A stretch of 63,452 bases of DNA, the filler included, from Octopus bimaculoides (lineage: Eukaryota), in NCBI RefSeq assembly GCF_001194135.2. It is 6 parts of 4 records of this genome, joined end to end, with 100 filler letters (N's around TTAATTAATTAA, not from the genome) between each part and the next. Parts side by side here need not be neighbours in the genome. Positions count along the whole stretch, not along the records: positions 1 to 23,704 come from NC_068988.1; positions 23,805 to 32,589 come from NC_068982.1; 4 more parts are not named here. One strand, given 5' to 3'. The notes beneath the pieces are model-generated. The model did not search any database. It was not told the DNA's origin and saw only the letters and a program-made list of their open reading frames with translations. Of this stretch, positions 12,440 to 23,849 are shown piece by piece. Position numbers and translations under genes: made by a program. How positions within the stretch are numbered: the stretch's first letter is position 1; each line of letters opens with the position of its first letter.

Positions 12440-14860
12440 TTATTGGTCAGTAGCTTGTGGTGCTTTGTAAGCTGGACTATGTCAGTGTGCAATAGATGAC
12501 GTTCTTCAGTTATCTTTGGTGTTTGGAGCATATGATGGCACCGCTATTTTAGTGTGTTTGTGTTTATAATGTTTCTCTGCACTGAGCGTGAAGGATTAGT
12601 GTTCGTATAATGGTGTTGTCACTGAGTTCTGCGATATTGTAGAGTGGTTGTTTATGTAGGGGGCGATTTTACATGGTATGTTAAATTTTGCAATGGTTCG
12701 GTGGCTGTGGGTTTACTGCTGCAAATCATTTTGCCCTGCACGAACTTCCCTTTTCAGGATTGATGATTTTTATTGTGTAGACCAGTGGTTCTCAAATCGT
12801 TTTTTGCCTGTGGATCCCTTTGATTCTTATTTTACTCAGATTCACCTCCGTAGTCATTCGATGTTTAAAAAAATCCTCTCATATCTTTGTAATGAAATAT
12901 TATTAGCAATTGTATTTAAAAAAAAAATCTTCCCACCTGATTGGAGATCTTCCGAGTGGTCTCTTCTGCTCGAGCGGGTACCACTTGATAACTGCGTGGG
13001 TCCACCGACCGTCTTTGTGCCTTGCGACATAACCCGCCCATCGTAGCTTTGCGTGGTGATACCCTGCGACGGTGTCCTTCACTCCAGTTTTATCGCTGAT
13101 CTCCTCTTTCCGGATGTGATCACTTAGCGAGATTCTCAGCATCGACCCTTCCATGGCTCTCTGCACCGTAAGCAGATGTTGTTCTTCTCTCTTCGTCTAG
13201 GCCCAAGTCTCACATGCGTATAGATGATTTAAGAAAACATGTTTGGCGCAACGTGGAGGAAAGTGGTGAGAGCACGAGGGAAATGGAGCGAATTCTGTGA
13301 CAAGCGGAGCCCGGTTGAGAACCACAGTTGTATATGATCGTGACATTGTCTGCAAAGAGGCAGTCTCTGTTTACTGAAGGTTTTGCAAAATCATGTAAGC
13401 ATGAAATAAAATAAGTGGAAAAGCGGTTGGACACTTTTAGAACACAATCTGAGAAGTTGATAGATATACAAGTTTTCTTAGGATTGGTGATCTGAGAAAT
13501 ACTTAGCCATATGTTTTGGAGTGTTTTTTAAAGAGATGATGAGTGATTTGTTTATAAGTAGTTAACTAGGAACCTGAGTTTGGGATGTTTTAGACACTTG
13601 AACTTCAAGGCCATGCTTATAAGTGTAAGATGTGTAGCTATGCTTTTTTTTGTTTTTGCTTTTATGTAGTCCTTAGTAACTGATTTATTTACATATATGT
13701 TTGATAAGAGATTTTACTTGAGATCAGAGTGTTTGTTGTTATAAAAGTTATGGAGAAGAGAAGATGAGTGGCTATTTGCGCAGAAAATCCTGCTGCTGAT
13801 TATATATTTTACTACGTGTTTATAGTCGATACAAGTGTTTATAATTTTAAAAAACCTTTTTGATTTTTTGTTCTTCTTCCTTTTTCTTTTCCATTCTTTT
13901 TTTTTTTTTTTTTAGTTGCGATGTCATGTGTTTGATTTTTGTGTGTACTGATTTTATCCATATCAAAACTCCGAATATTATCAGGCTGGGGAATTTCAAC
14001 CATGTTTCGTGGTCTGCTACCACAACAGCTCCTTTATAGGATCCAGTTAGCTCAAGACATCATCAGGAGGAACCACGTCCGGTTTTGGCCCCTACTCCTC
14101 TACCGTTTTGACGTGGCGGGGCCACCCCCTTTCGGAGGTGTCTTCAGCTCTGGTGTTGTGTGCATATCTTTTTTCACTGTTTGTGACTGTTCTAATTCAA
14201 CTGTGGAATGTCCCTCGCTATGGTTATTTTCCAGGAGGTTCTGGCCACACGTCTTACGGTTCATCAACCCGCGTTGTTTAATTACTTTCTTCTGGCATAC
14301 CTTCCCTTGGTGGATTAGGATCCAGTTATTTCATTTGTATGATTTTGTTACGCTATCGGATATATGTATTCTGGAAGTTTCTACACCTATTGTATTGAGT
14401 GTATGTGCTGAAAAATCTTTACTGATGAGCGGTATGTTGTTGAATTTGCCAACCATAATTTTGACATTTGTTGCAAGTGATTCGACCATGATTTTTTTTT
14501 TATGTTTGTATATTCTTTTCTTTTTAATCATTGATATATATATGAGAGTGTAAAGACGATGAAAGTCAGATATCCGTAAAACAGCTGGGGATGTTTTCTA
14601 TGTGGTGTTGCGAAGTGTATGGGACAGAAAACTTTACCTAGCAATGATATGTGAAGTTAGTTTGGTAAGGATTGTCGGTGATAGGTTGTGAGTTTTAGGA
14701 TTTAAAGGATCTTTAATTGTAATATTATTGTGTCCCCTGGTATTGTTTTTTTTATAATTATCTTGTGTTGATTGCATTGAAATTTCTCCAGCGATGTCAT
14801 TTAGAAGTAAAACGTATATAGTGGAAAATAGTAGCAAATTGGGAAGGTGGTATGGTAAAG
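12440..14860 (-). mobile_element. Heavily decayed LINE ORF2 remnant (APE endonuclease to RT) with nested insertions
   Basis: KIMVGKFNNIPL resembles the APE IIxGDFNxPL motif (about 14450); faint RT-like remnant at about 12500-12760 in collinear order. Confidence 0.35.
12925..13205 (-). mobile_element. RTE-clade LINE 3' fragment
   Basis: QRAMEGSMLRISLSDHIRKEEISDKTGVKD...KLRWAGYVARHKDGRWTHAVIKWYPLEQKRPLGRSPIRWED is a typical RTE C-terminus. Confidence 0.85.
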
Positions 14861-14876
14861 CTATGTTTATATTATA

Positions 14877-15085
14877 CGAGGGTGTGGTGAAAAGTTCCTA
14901 GTTTTAAACGTATCGTGAAAGTCCTAACTGGAACCCAACCTTCCTAATTCTTTTACAGGGCTCAGAAAAAACTGATGGACTGCTGCAATAAGTATGTGAA
15001 TCTGAAAGAGGAATATATTGAATAAAATGATAACTAACTGATCCTCCTGTATTTTCTTTACCCAAAGCCAGGAACTTTCCAGCAC
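14877..15085. mobile_element. Mariner-derived non-autonomous fragment
   Basis: Begins TACGAGGGTGTGGTGAAAAGTTCCTAG, resembling the mariner end at 29182. Confidence 0.5.
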
Positions 15086-15327
15086 CTCCTAGCATTAATG
15101 TTTGTTTCTCTGAGTTTATATTTTCTTTTTCTTTTTGCTTGAATGGTTGAATTCTAGAATGTGTTTATGAACTTATTTTTATGTATGCTATGAGACTGCA
15201 ACCATGGTTTGTCCTATGTCTGTTGTATCTGATCTTTGTTCACATAATTGTGGATTTGAAGGGTCCTGCACAGAAGTGGTATTCCGTATGCTTTTAATTG
15301 AGTCCAGTCCCTTGCATTCATGAAGAT

Positions 15328-15575
15328 CAGTGGCTCTCAAACACTTTTTTTTTTATCTATGGACCCCTTTGGGTACGATTTTATTCTGGTGGATCCCCAT
15401 AGCTATTCGATGTTTAAAAGCTAGTTTTATAGAAGCTTCTTTCAAAATTCCTATATTCTTTTTCACTCATTAACATATGTAGGTTGAGCTGTGGAAAACG
15501 TTGGAGAAAGGAACCTTGCAGTTTCTTGCAATAAATACATCTAAATCAAAAGTTCTCATGGACCCTTAAACTGCT
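15328..15575. mobile_element. hAT-like non-autonomous element (CAGTGGTTCTCAA-type end)
   Basis: CAGTGGCTCTCAAAC...GGATCCC...CTATTCGATGTTTAAAA is shared with 12783-12920. Related ends occur at 38471 and about 28570-28670. Confidence 0.5.
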
Positions 15576-15913
15576 ACTGTATTTTACTAAATTGCTTGCG
15601 TGGACACACCTCCCACCAAAAAAAGAAAAGAAAAGAAATTTCATATCGACTCCAATTGAAAACCAGTGATGTAGACCAAGCCTTTTGCCTAAGACTAAGG
15701 ACAGCCGCGAAATTTCTTGTTCGTTTTTCCTCTACGATACCTGAAAAATGTTCTTTGTGCAATCTGTCCTTCCATTTTTAAAACGGTAGTTGTGGTTTCT
15801 CTTATTAACCTATTAGTTTTGTCGTCGGTGGTGTTACTGATGTGCTATGCTGCGTGAGATTGGCTTTGGAATCGGAATTTTTTCACATGATTAAACCAAT
15901 AGTCCTTACGATT

Positions 15914-16308
15914 AAGGCGGCGAGCTGGCAGAAACGTTAGCACGCCGGGCGAAAAGCTTCGCGGTATTTCGTCTGTCACTGCGTTCTGAGTTCAAATTCC
16001 GCCGAGGTCGACTTTGCCTTTCATCCTTTCGGGGTCGATAAATTAAGTACCAGTTACGCACTGCGGTCGATATAATCGACTTAATCCGTTTGTCTGTCCT
16101 TGTTTGTCCCCTCTGTGTGTAGCCCCTTGTGGGCAGTAAAGAAATAGGTATTTCGTCTGTCCTTTCGTTCTGAATTCAAATTCCGTCGAGGTCGACTTTC
16201 TTTCATCCTTTCAGGGCGACAAATTAAGTACCAGTTGCGTACTGGGGTCGATCTAATCGACTGGCCCCCTCCCCCAAAATTTCGAGCCTTGTGCCTAAAG
16301 TAGAAAAG
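15914..16308 (+). mobile_element. tRNA-derived SINE, family A, dimeric copy with 16-bp target-site duplication
   Basis: Head GGCGGCGAGCTGGCAGAAACGTTAGC, B-box GAGTTCAAATTCC, and central CCTTTCATCCTTTCGGGGTCGATAAATTAAGTACCAG (Meta-domain-like) present twice. Flanked by AATAGTCCTTACGATT at 15898-15913 and 16309-16324. Confidence 0.9.
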
Positions 16309-19300
16309 AATAGTCCTTACGATTTTCTGTCGTGATTCGAGCTTTGGTTGTTGAAGTTATTGAACATTGATATGTCGGCTTGCTTTCAGTTTGTATCACT
16401 TTTGTACTGGGATGTCCTATTTTTTCGACATTGTGGTTTTTATTCCACGAAGAAACGTCCCCTTTGAACATTGTCCACTCCTAATTGTTCGACGAGCATT
16501 CGATGTCTTCTCGGGTATAACCTCTATAACACTAACATTGGCTACAAGCTGGAAAGTATGAAACTTCCTAGTAATACTTTTTAACATCCGATGACATAAA
16601 TGTAACATATTATAATTATCATATCTAAAATGTTCTGCTTCTTAAAAAAACATCTATTCCGTGAAGAGGCGTCAATTCCAGACTTTTTTTCCATTTTGAA
16701 ATACTGACCATTAGCCTCACTTTCAGTTTCTAAACGAATTATTTTTCCTTTCACAGACGTCCGGTTATGATCACTTGGTAATTTTTTCTGGTACAGTATA
16801 GGTAGGATTGCATAATCTATGTTTAAATTTAGCGTTACTTACGAGTTAGAGAAGGTGAGGGTTCTTCATTGGTACAACTCATCAACCAATCAAATATGAG
16901 TATCACAAAAATCGTAACTATATTTTAATCGCATTATCAAATTACTATTTCCTAAAAATTATTTCACTTCTTAGAAATATTCCATGACACATGTAATTTA
17001 ATATTGTGAACTATTTTCCAGGTTTCGATCCTTTGGTAGAAATAGTTCCAATTCCATCAGTCGCAAACACGTTTCCCGTTATATTTTTCGTTGAAAGTGA
17101 TAAGTTGTCAAGATGAAAGTTTGATTAAATTTCAGATTTTGCAGGTCAATGCATTCTGAATGTATCTCAAAAAGTTAAATTCATATGTACAATTAGTATG
17201 TACACTGTATATCTACAGTGTACATACTAATTGAGGTAATTGATACTACTCACTTAAAATACATTCTTCATTTTTCAGCTGAAAATATTTTTGATTTCTA
17301 GGTGAGGCCTAAAGAAAGGAGTGATAGAAATACATAGAAAGAAATTAAGTGGCACTGTAAGCAAAAATATAAACCAAACCAAAGACTTAGTCTTCAGTGA
17401 TTTGCTATTAATAATTGTTTCTAATTTAGGCATATAGCCAATAATGTAAGGGAATGGGTTAGTTGATTAGATCGATGCCAGCACCTGACTGGTACTTTTT
17501 AAATCATTCCTAGATGAAAATTAATTCACAACGTAAAAAGCTATATCTTGGAACTAAAATTAATATCAATACTAAACAATCTGTAGTATATGAATAATGA
17601 ATTGATCAAGTGGCAATATGCATGAAATATTGATCTGTTTTCGTACTCACAGATTGACTGTTGCAAACATGGAATATTTCCATTGAATCCGCGACTGAAT
17701 TGATCAAAAGCTCTTGCTTTAAAGATGTGTAAAATTGTTTTTGATCCCAGAGAGAAGGATTAAGTTCCTGACGACCTGAATCTGACAAAGGTTCGATTTC
17801 CAAAATTGTTCTCGGACATTTGACATTCTCATGTAGTCAACTGTTGAGACAGAAATTCATTCCATTAAGCTCACTTGTTTTTCAATACACCTTATGTGTA
17901 TGAAATCATTAATAGTGACCCAACTAATCGTCAAGATTTACATAATATTAAGTTTATGAAACAGATTTCGCTGCCAGTGAAAATATCTGCTTTGCAGTTT
18001 TAACGATCTGGTAACAGAAACGATGCAGCCATTTGCTACTTTCATTAATTGTTTTCGTAAAAGATCCAGAAAGAGTTATAAAATTTCTGCATGTAATACT
18101 TGTTCAATTCCTCTAATTCAAATCATGACAGTTAGGTTAACACTCATCAAAGTCATTCTGCAATTACGTTATTCTTTTATTCAATAGCAAATTCAAGTTC
18201 TAGTATCCTAATGAGTTTTCCATGTAATAATAACGATTCTCCTTCAGTAAGCTCATAAATATTCAAAATTTATTAAATGAAACTTCGATATATATTATTA
18301 AGGTGAAAAGGTACATCAATTCTGATTCATATATCATATATGGAAAATAGGAAATAACATCCACCGCGATGCTATATGAGATTTTGACAACAAAAGGTGA
18401 TGGCATCGGAATTAGGAAGGAAAATGTCAATATACAACAGCTGCTTGACTAGAATAAGAAAAGTTATATATGAGAATACTCATCAAATATTTGATCAAAC
18501 ATTTAACTGTTGATATCCTACGCTTCGGTATTAATTTGCAATTTACTCTACATTTGCTCAAACAGTCATTCATATATTCCAAAATCCTTGCAAGTAGTTA
18601 ACATTTACGGAACTAAACTATATTGATTTCTTATACATAGTTAATATTTATAGTTTGAAGGAAATTAAAATGTCTAGCGCTCATGACTGTTTAAAGGCAG
18701 TATTAATATACTTGAAATGATAATGCTGAAAACTACGAATCAAAAATGTGCCTGCTCGACAACACGCATAAGGATTACTTTAACTCTGTAACACATACCG
18801 TATTTACTTGTTTGTGAATCAGAAGGCGTTAGCTAGCTAATATTTTTTGGAAGACAGTATTAAGAACGGTTAGTTGCCAATGATGCCACTGATGACGCTG
18901 TGAATGTGAAATAGAAGATAAATTGAATAATAGGTATTAGGTAGTCTTTCTCCCAAAATTCTATAAATCACTTCATGATTTTGGATATATAGAGCAATAA
19001 CTTCCTACATAAGAAATACTTTATTCCAACATTTAATATTACTACCACTGAGATATTTTGAATAATCTTAATGACGTTTAATATATCAGTTTTTAATCTA
19101 ATTTTCTCAACCAAGTTATGTGTAAAGAAGGCATTTTCAAACGAGAATTTGTTTATTAAATCTAGATTTTCAGATCTTATATATATTCCCACTGTTGAAT
19201 GTAATGCGCAAGCGTTGAACTTATATAACTCAGTTTATCAATTTCATTGAAATGAAAACGGCGTCTACTTATGTACGTTGGTAGCATCCTTTAAACATGG

Positions 19301-22300
19301 ACTAATGTCCATAGGAATTATGAAGCTGTGCTTCATTTATTATTTATCCTTGCAATAGTTATATGCCCTCGAAGTTAAGTTTCACATTTATTTACATGAA
19401 ACCAATTAACTTGTGGAAATCACTTTGATATGTCTGTTTATTAGACGATTGAAAAACAAAACGAAGATTTAGTTGCTCTTCCCACTAACGTTTACTGAAA
19501 CAGGCGAAAAAATTGAATAGTTACTACAGAAAAGAGATACCCCAAATTTTGTTCTTTGATCCATTAGCATCTAAACAAGGCTCGGATGCTCACGATCTAA
19601 TACTCATGAAATGTTTATGTAATATCATCTAACTAATTGTCAGTAGAAATATTTATTCGATATTTCCTGTAATTAAATATTCTTTAGTTAAGAAAAATTT
19701 GCTTCTTAGCAAGACTTTTTTTCACTTCCCAGTGTGGAAAAATACCATATTAAATCTGATTGGAGCAAGAAGTGTGAAACAGCTTGCCTATTTGATTCAT
19801 ACTCAATTAACCCAAAGATTCGGTTTTATATACAACTTTCTGTCTACTTTACATCAGTGACCTAATTACTATTTCCACCAGCAGCGCCAACTCTTACACT
19901 GACGAATATTACTTTCCTCTCAAAGCTTCCACATCCAAGCCTCATCCACTTTGTAATAAATCTTAACTGACAACAGGAAGAGAAACCTCTAAAACATTCT
20001 CCTATGAAGTCATGCCTTGAAAAGTGAACGCTGGTTGTGACTGATGAATGGAAACGTGAAACTAGAAACTGAAGCGCTAATCATAGCCACTTAGTAACAA
20101 GCCATTAGGATGAATCTTATAAAGGCAAAGATTGCTAAAAATAAGTCAGGGCGGAAACTCAGAATCTGTAGTAAAAGAGACGAAAGTATAGAACAGCACT
20201 TATTGTTGTTGTTGCGTTATAACTATCAGGAGAATGCTGTCTTGAGGTTTGGTAATCTCAAGAATGTTTCTTTGGATCTTTACAGAATACAAGATTGCAC
20301 TTTTCTGCAAGTCGATTATGCCAGTCTCAATTCAGTTGAACTACATGGATCAAGAAAGGTAATTTACTTTCTTTCCCAAGCAATATATTTCAGAAGATGC
20401 ATACACCTTATTTTTACCCAGAAGAATGGTCTCCTTGATGGCCATTGTATCTATATTAAGTGACCTGAGAACATACGACAAGAATGCTTATTTCAAATTA
20501 CACATATCAGGTGAAAAAAGGGAGTAGGTTTGTTCCTGAAATACGGGAAATCTGTTACGTTAGCAGTCCATGAAGAGCTCTTCAAAAGTTGCTTATCTTT
20601 TTCTTTCAGAAGGCCACATATCACGTGGAAATCTTTCACTGGGGGCTCTGTAAATACTAAAAACTTAACGCCCCGAAAGGACAAAAACGAAGTCAGTCTC
20701 AACCAGATTTGTATTTAAATCATAAAGAGAGGCAAGCAAATAACATAAGACATTTATCCGATAATCTACCGATTCTACCAAGCTACCGCTCTATTTCTTT
20801 TTAGTAAAACATATCGTCCCAAGTACTTGACTACTATTTTATTTTATTGGTGAAAGATGAATAATGAAAATACGAAGTTGACTGTGGCTGGATCTGAAGA
20901 TAAGTGAAGAGACGAAACAAGATAGAGTTTCCGGTGCAGCACGGTTTCTAACAATAATGATAGCAATTTCGAACATAAGCACGATATCATGAAATTTGCG
21001 GGACGGTAGTGGCGATTATATTCATTTTCAGTACTTGACCGAATTTTGCCAATTTTATTCCATATACAAGCATACATTTCTATTTGTGATTCACATCTAA
21101 TGGTTTGTATATTTGTTAGAATTAGTCTAAATGCAGTGGAGTGGCATAAAGATTACCATAATAAAATTTCTACAGTCCCTTTAAAATTTCTTGTGTACGT
21201 CATTCAATACCTCAAAGACCTTTTGTCTAAAATTCTAAAAATTACAATTGCCAAGCAAGTTCTTAATTCTTTTCCTGTTGGTGCGAGATGACTATGTTTT
21301 ACTGAAGAGGTTTGATATGCAGACAGGTGTCGTTTGTTGACATTATGGGTGCCAACAGAGACCAACTTTCTGTCTAAGTATAAACATTTTTATCTGCGAA
21401 AGCTATGCTTCATTTCTTGAAAGTATATCCCCTTTTCTTTCGCGAGTCATTCACACTTACCCTTAGCTTTTTCTTTGCGTTCTCCAAAAAAGGGGAAAAA
21501 TTTCGATCTTGAAATAATTTTTTTTGCACGTCATTCAGTTCATACCCACCTGTCTCTGTTAATTTGCTATAGTCTTAAATATATGGTTCATGACATCGCA
21601 AAACAGTAGTTCAGAAAGGAAAACTGAACAACGACTGCATAATCTGTTTAAAACTATTTTTGTGCTCATTGAGTGAATCATAGCCTGTCAATGTTTGAAA
21701 TAACTATATTTCAAAGTGAAGTGTTACTGAAGAAAATTAAAGGAGGAGAAAAAGTAAATTATATTTCTGATAAAATTACACGGCCTCTTGACAAAACACC
21801 GAGCTCCACCCTATTTCGGTGGTGCCTACTTTCTGAATTCAGCTCCGGTTCCGACCCAATCTTCGCATTATATCTCCATATCTATTAATGAACTTACTCC
21901 ACAAATTTATTCTTTACATTGCAAATTTTATAACATCATTCATTACTGAATTTGTGACTAGACTTAAAAACATTATATTTATGATAAAGCCGAAATAGAA
22001 AATTAAGACTTTTATTGCTTTGATAAACGCCATAGAAGTAAATGTGAAATGAATCATAGACAGGTGGAAACTGAAACTGTAACATATAGTAAACACACTA
22101 AGTATATAATTTTAAATTGCATCACTCGATAAAGAACGATTTTCTTATTGTTTGGTGGCAACAATAAATCATTTACTTTGAAGATGTTCTGATCAGGTGT
22201 TTCCGCGGCAAACGTAATGATATACTAAATCTTACGTATATACATGACGTCAGGAATACCAACTCCTACTCAGCTGAAGTAAATAATCATTGCAAATGTG

Positions 22301-23704
22301 TTCTTTTGTATTTTGTAACTTACAGCATCGTTCTTGTACATCTTAAATAACATTTAATTATAATCAGTGATACGATTTTCTATACACGACGGTAGCACTC
22401 TAGGAGTAAACTACCAAGGAGTTGAATCAGGTATTTGATTTCGCTTCCCACCAGTTTAGGACGAATTGATATAAGTCAAACAAACTACTTTCTAACCAAT
22501 CTTAAATCTGCAGTCTTGCACCAATAAAAAATTATCTGATATTTTGAGGGCAGAAAATATTCTAATGAGAATCGTCTTTTTTTTTTTAAGTGATAGCATA
22601 TGGAATTTAAAAAAACTGAGTTCTTACTAGTCATATGAGCTGAAATCCTGCCTTCACCCTTTATCCTGCTACGTACTAGACTGAACAGAAATATTACTGA
22701 GTGCTATATCTACTGGTCATGTACTTCAAAAGAAAAAATGATACAGAGCAATCTCTATTGATACATTATCATTGCTGTATTGTTCCGAGTTAAAATTAAT
22801 AAAAATGAATTTCTCACATCAGCACCCACGAGTGTAGCTAGGCGTATACCTCCATGCAGTTGACATAACATCTCGATAAACTGATAAATGTTGCGATTAG
22901 TAACCTTTTCTACCATCTCCATTATTGTTCTTCTGAAATGAATAAAGGTACTAACTGTAATATCTTATCCTCTTTTGTTATTATTGTGAAGCGCAAAGTC
23001 AGAGCTTGATCAAACCCTAGCTCGTGTTAAACTGGTCTTCTACTGATTCCACCTATCGCTTCTTTGTAGACGTTTTTCCTACAGCCTCTACAGTGTTCTT
23101 AATGCCTCTTCTGCTTCCGCATTTAATGACCCTAATTCTAAAAAACGCTACAAAGAAAAGGAGCAGGTGCAAGCAAATGGAGGTGGGAAGACAGAGGGGA
23201 GCCTCCACAAACACGCGCCGAGTACTGGACTCCTTCGTAGTAATTCTTCCTACACACTCATATACTTGTATAAATAATGTATCAGGGGCGAAGGGTCTAT
23301 GTGCGCAATGCATGCCCTACTATTTTTCCACGATAAATAATTTTTGTGTAATATATAACTGATTATTGATAATTTTCTCTAGATTCATTGTAGTCACATT
23401 TACTTTTTTTTCGCATTGCTTCATTTCTTAGTATAAATTGTAAACAATCGATATTATTTAAGAAGTGTAAGTAATGAAAACTGCTATTTGCCTTGCGAGA
23501 AAAGAAGGAAAAGCTATAAATTAATTGTTATCCTTTTCTTCTGAGTTTGGAGCGTCAACAAGAAAGATAAAACAAACGAATAAGTGGTCAAAGAGAGAAA
23601 GGCGAATTTTTCTGCTTGCTTTCAGTCATAGTAAGAGCAGTAGTGTTATTTTCTTTGTATTCTATTATTCTCGAAAAGGGAACTTCAAAAAGAGGAACAA
23701 GACA

Positions 23705-23804
23705 NNNNNNNNNNNNNNNNNNNNNNNNNNNNNNNNNNNNNNNNNNNNTTAATTAATTAANNNNNNNNNNNNNNNNNNNNNNNNNNNNNNNNNNNNNNNN
23801 NNNN
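23705..23804. other. Assembly placeholder: 44 N + TTAATTAATTAA + 44 N
   Basis: The same 100-bp construct recurs with the 12-mer at 32634, 47918, 57885 and 62296; it is a synthetic six-frame-stop gap linker. Confidence 0.95.

Positions 23805-23849
<45 letters not shown>

Noticed and set aside
15914-16010. tRNA-like A/B boxes in SINE heads
   Set aside because: No complete cloverleaf, and they run straight into SINE bodies; not tRNA genes.
20031-20065. CTGATGA-ATG-GAAA-CGT-GAAA-CTAG hammerhead-like core with a possible 5-bp stem III
   Set aside because: Only 4 nt separate the would-be cleavage site from the core, so stem I cannot form; likely chance.
20110-20463. 117-aa + strand ORF in the unique island
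   Set aside because: No recognisable motif or convincing splice framework; the length is attainable by chance.
20571-20584. 14-bp perfect palindrome TGAAGAGCTCTTCA
   Set aside because: A few palindromes of this length are expected by chance in a window this size.
23749-23760. TTAATTAATTAA palindrome recurring five times (also 32634, 47918, 57885, 62296)
   Set aside because: Always centred in 44 N on each side; a synthetic gap linker, not biology.
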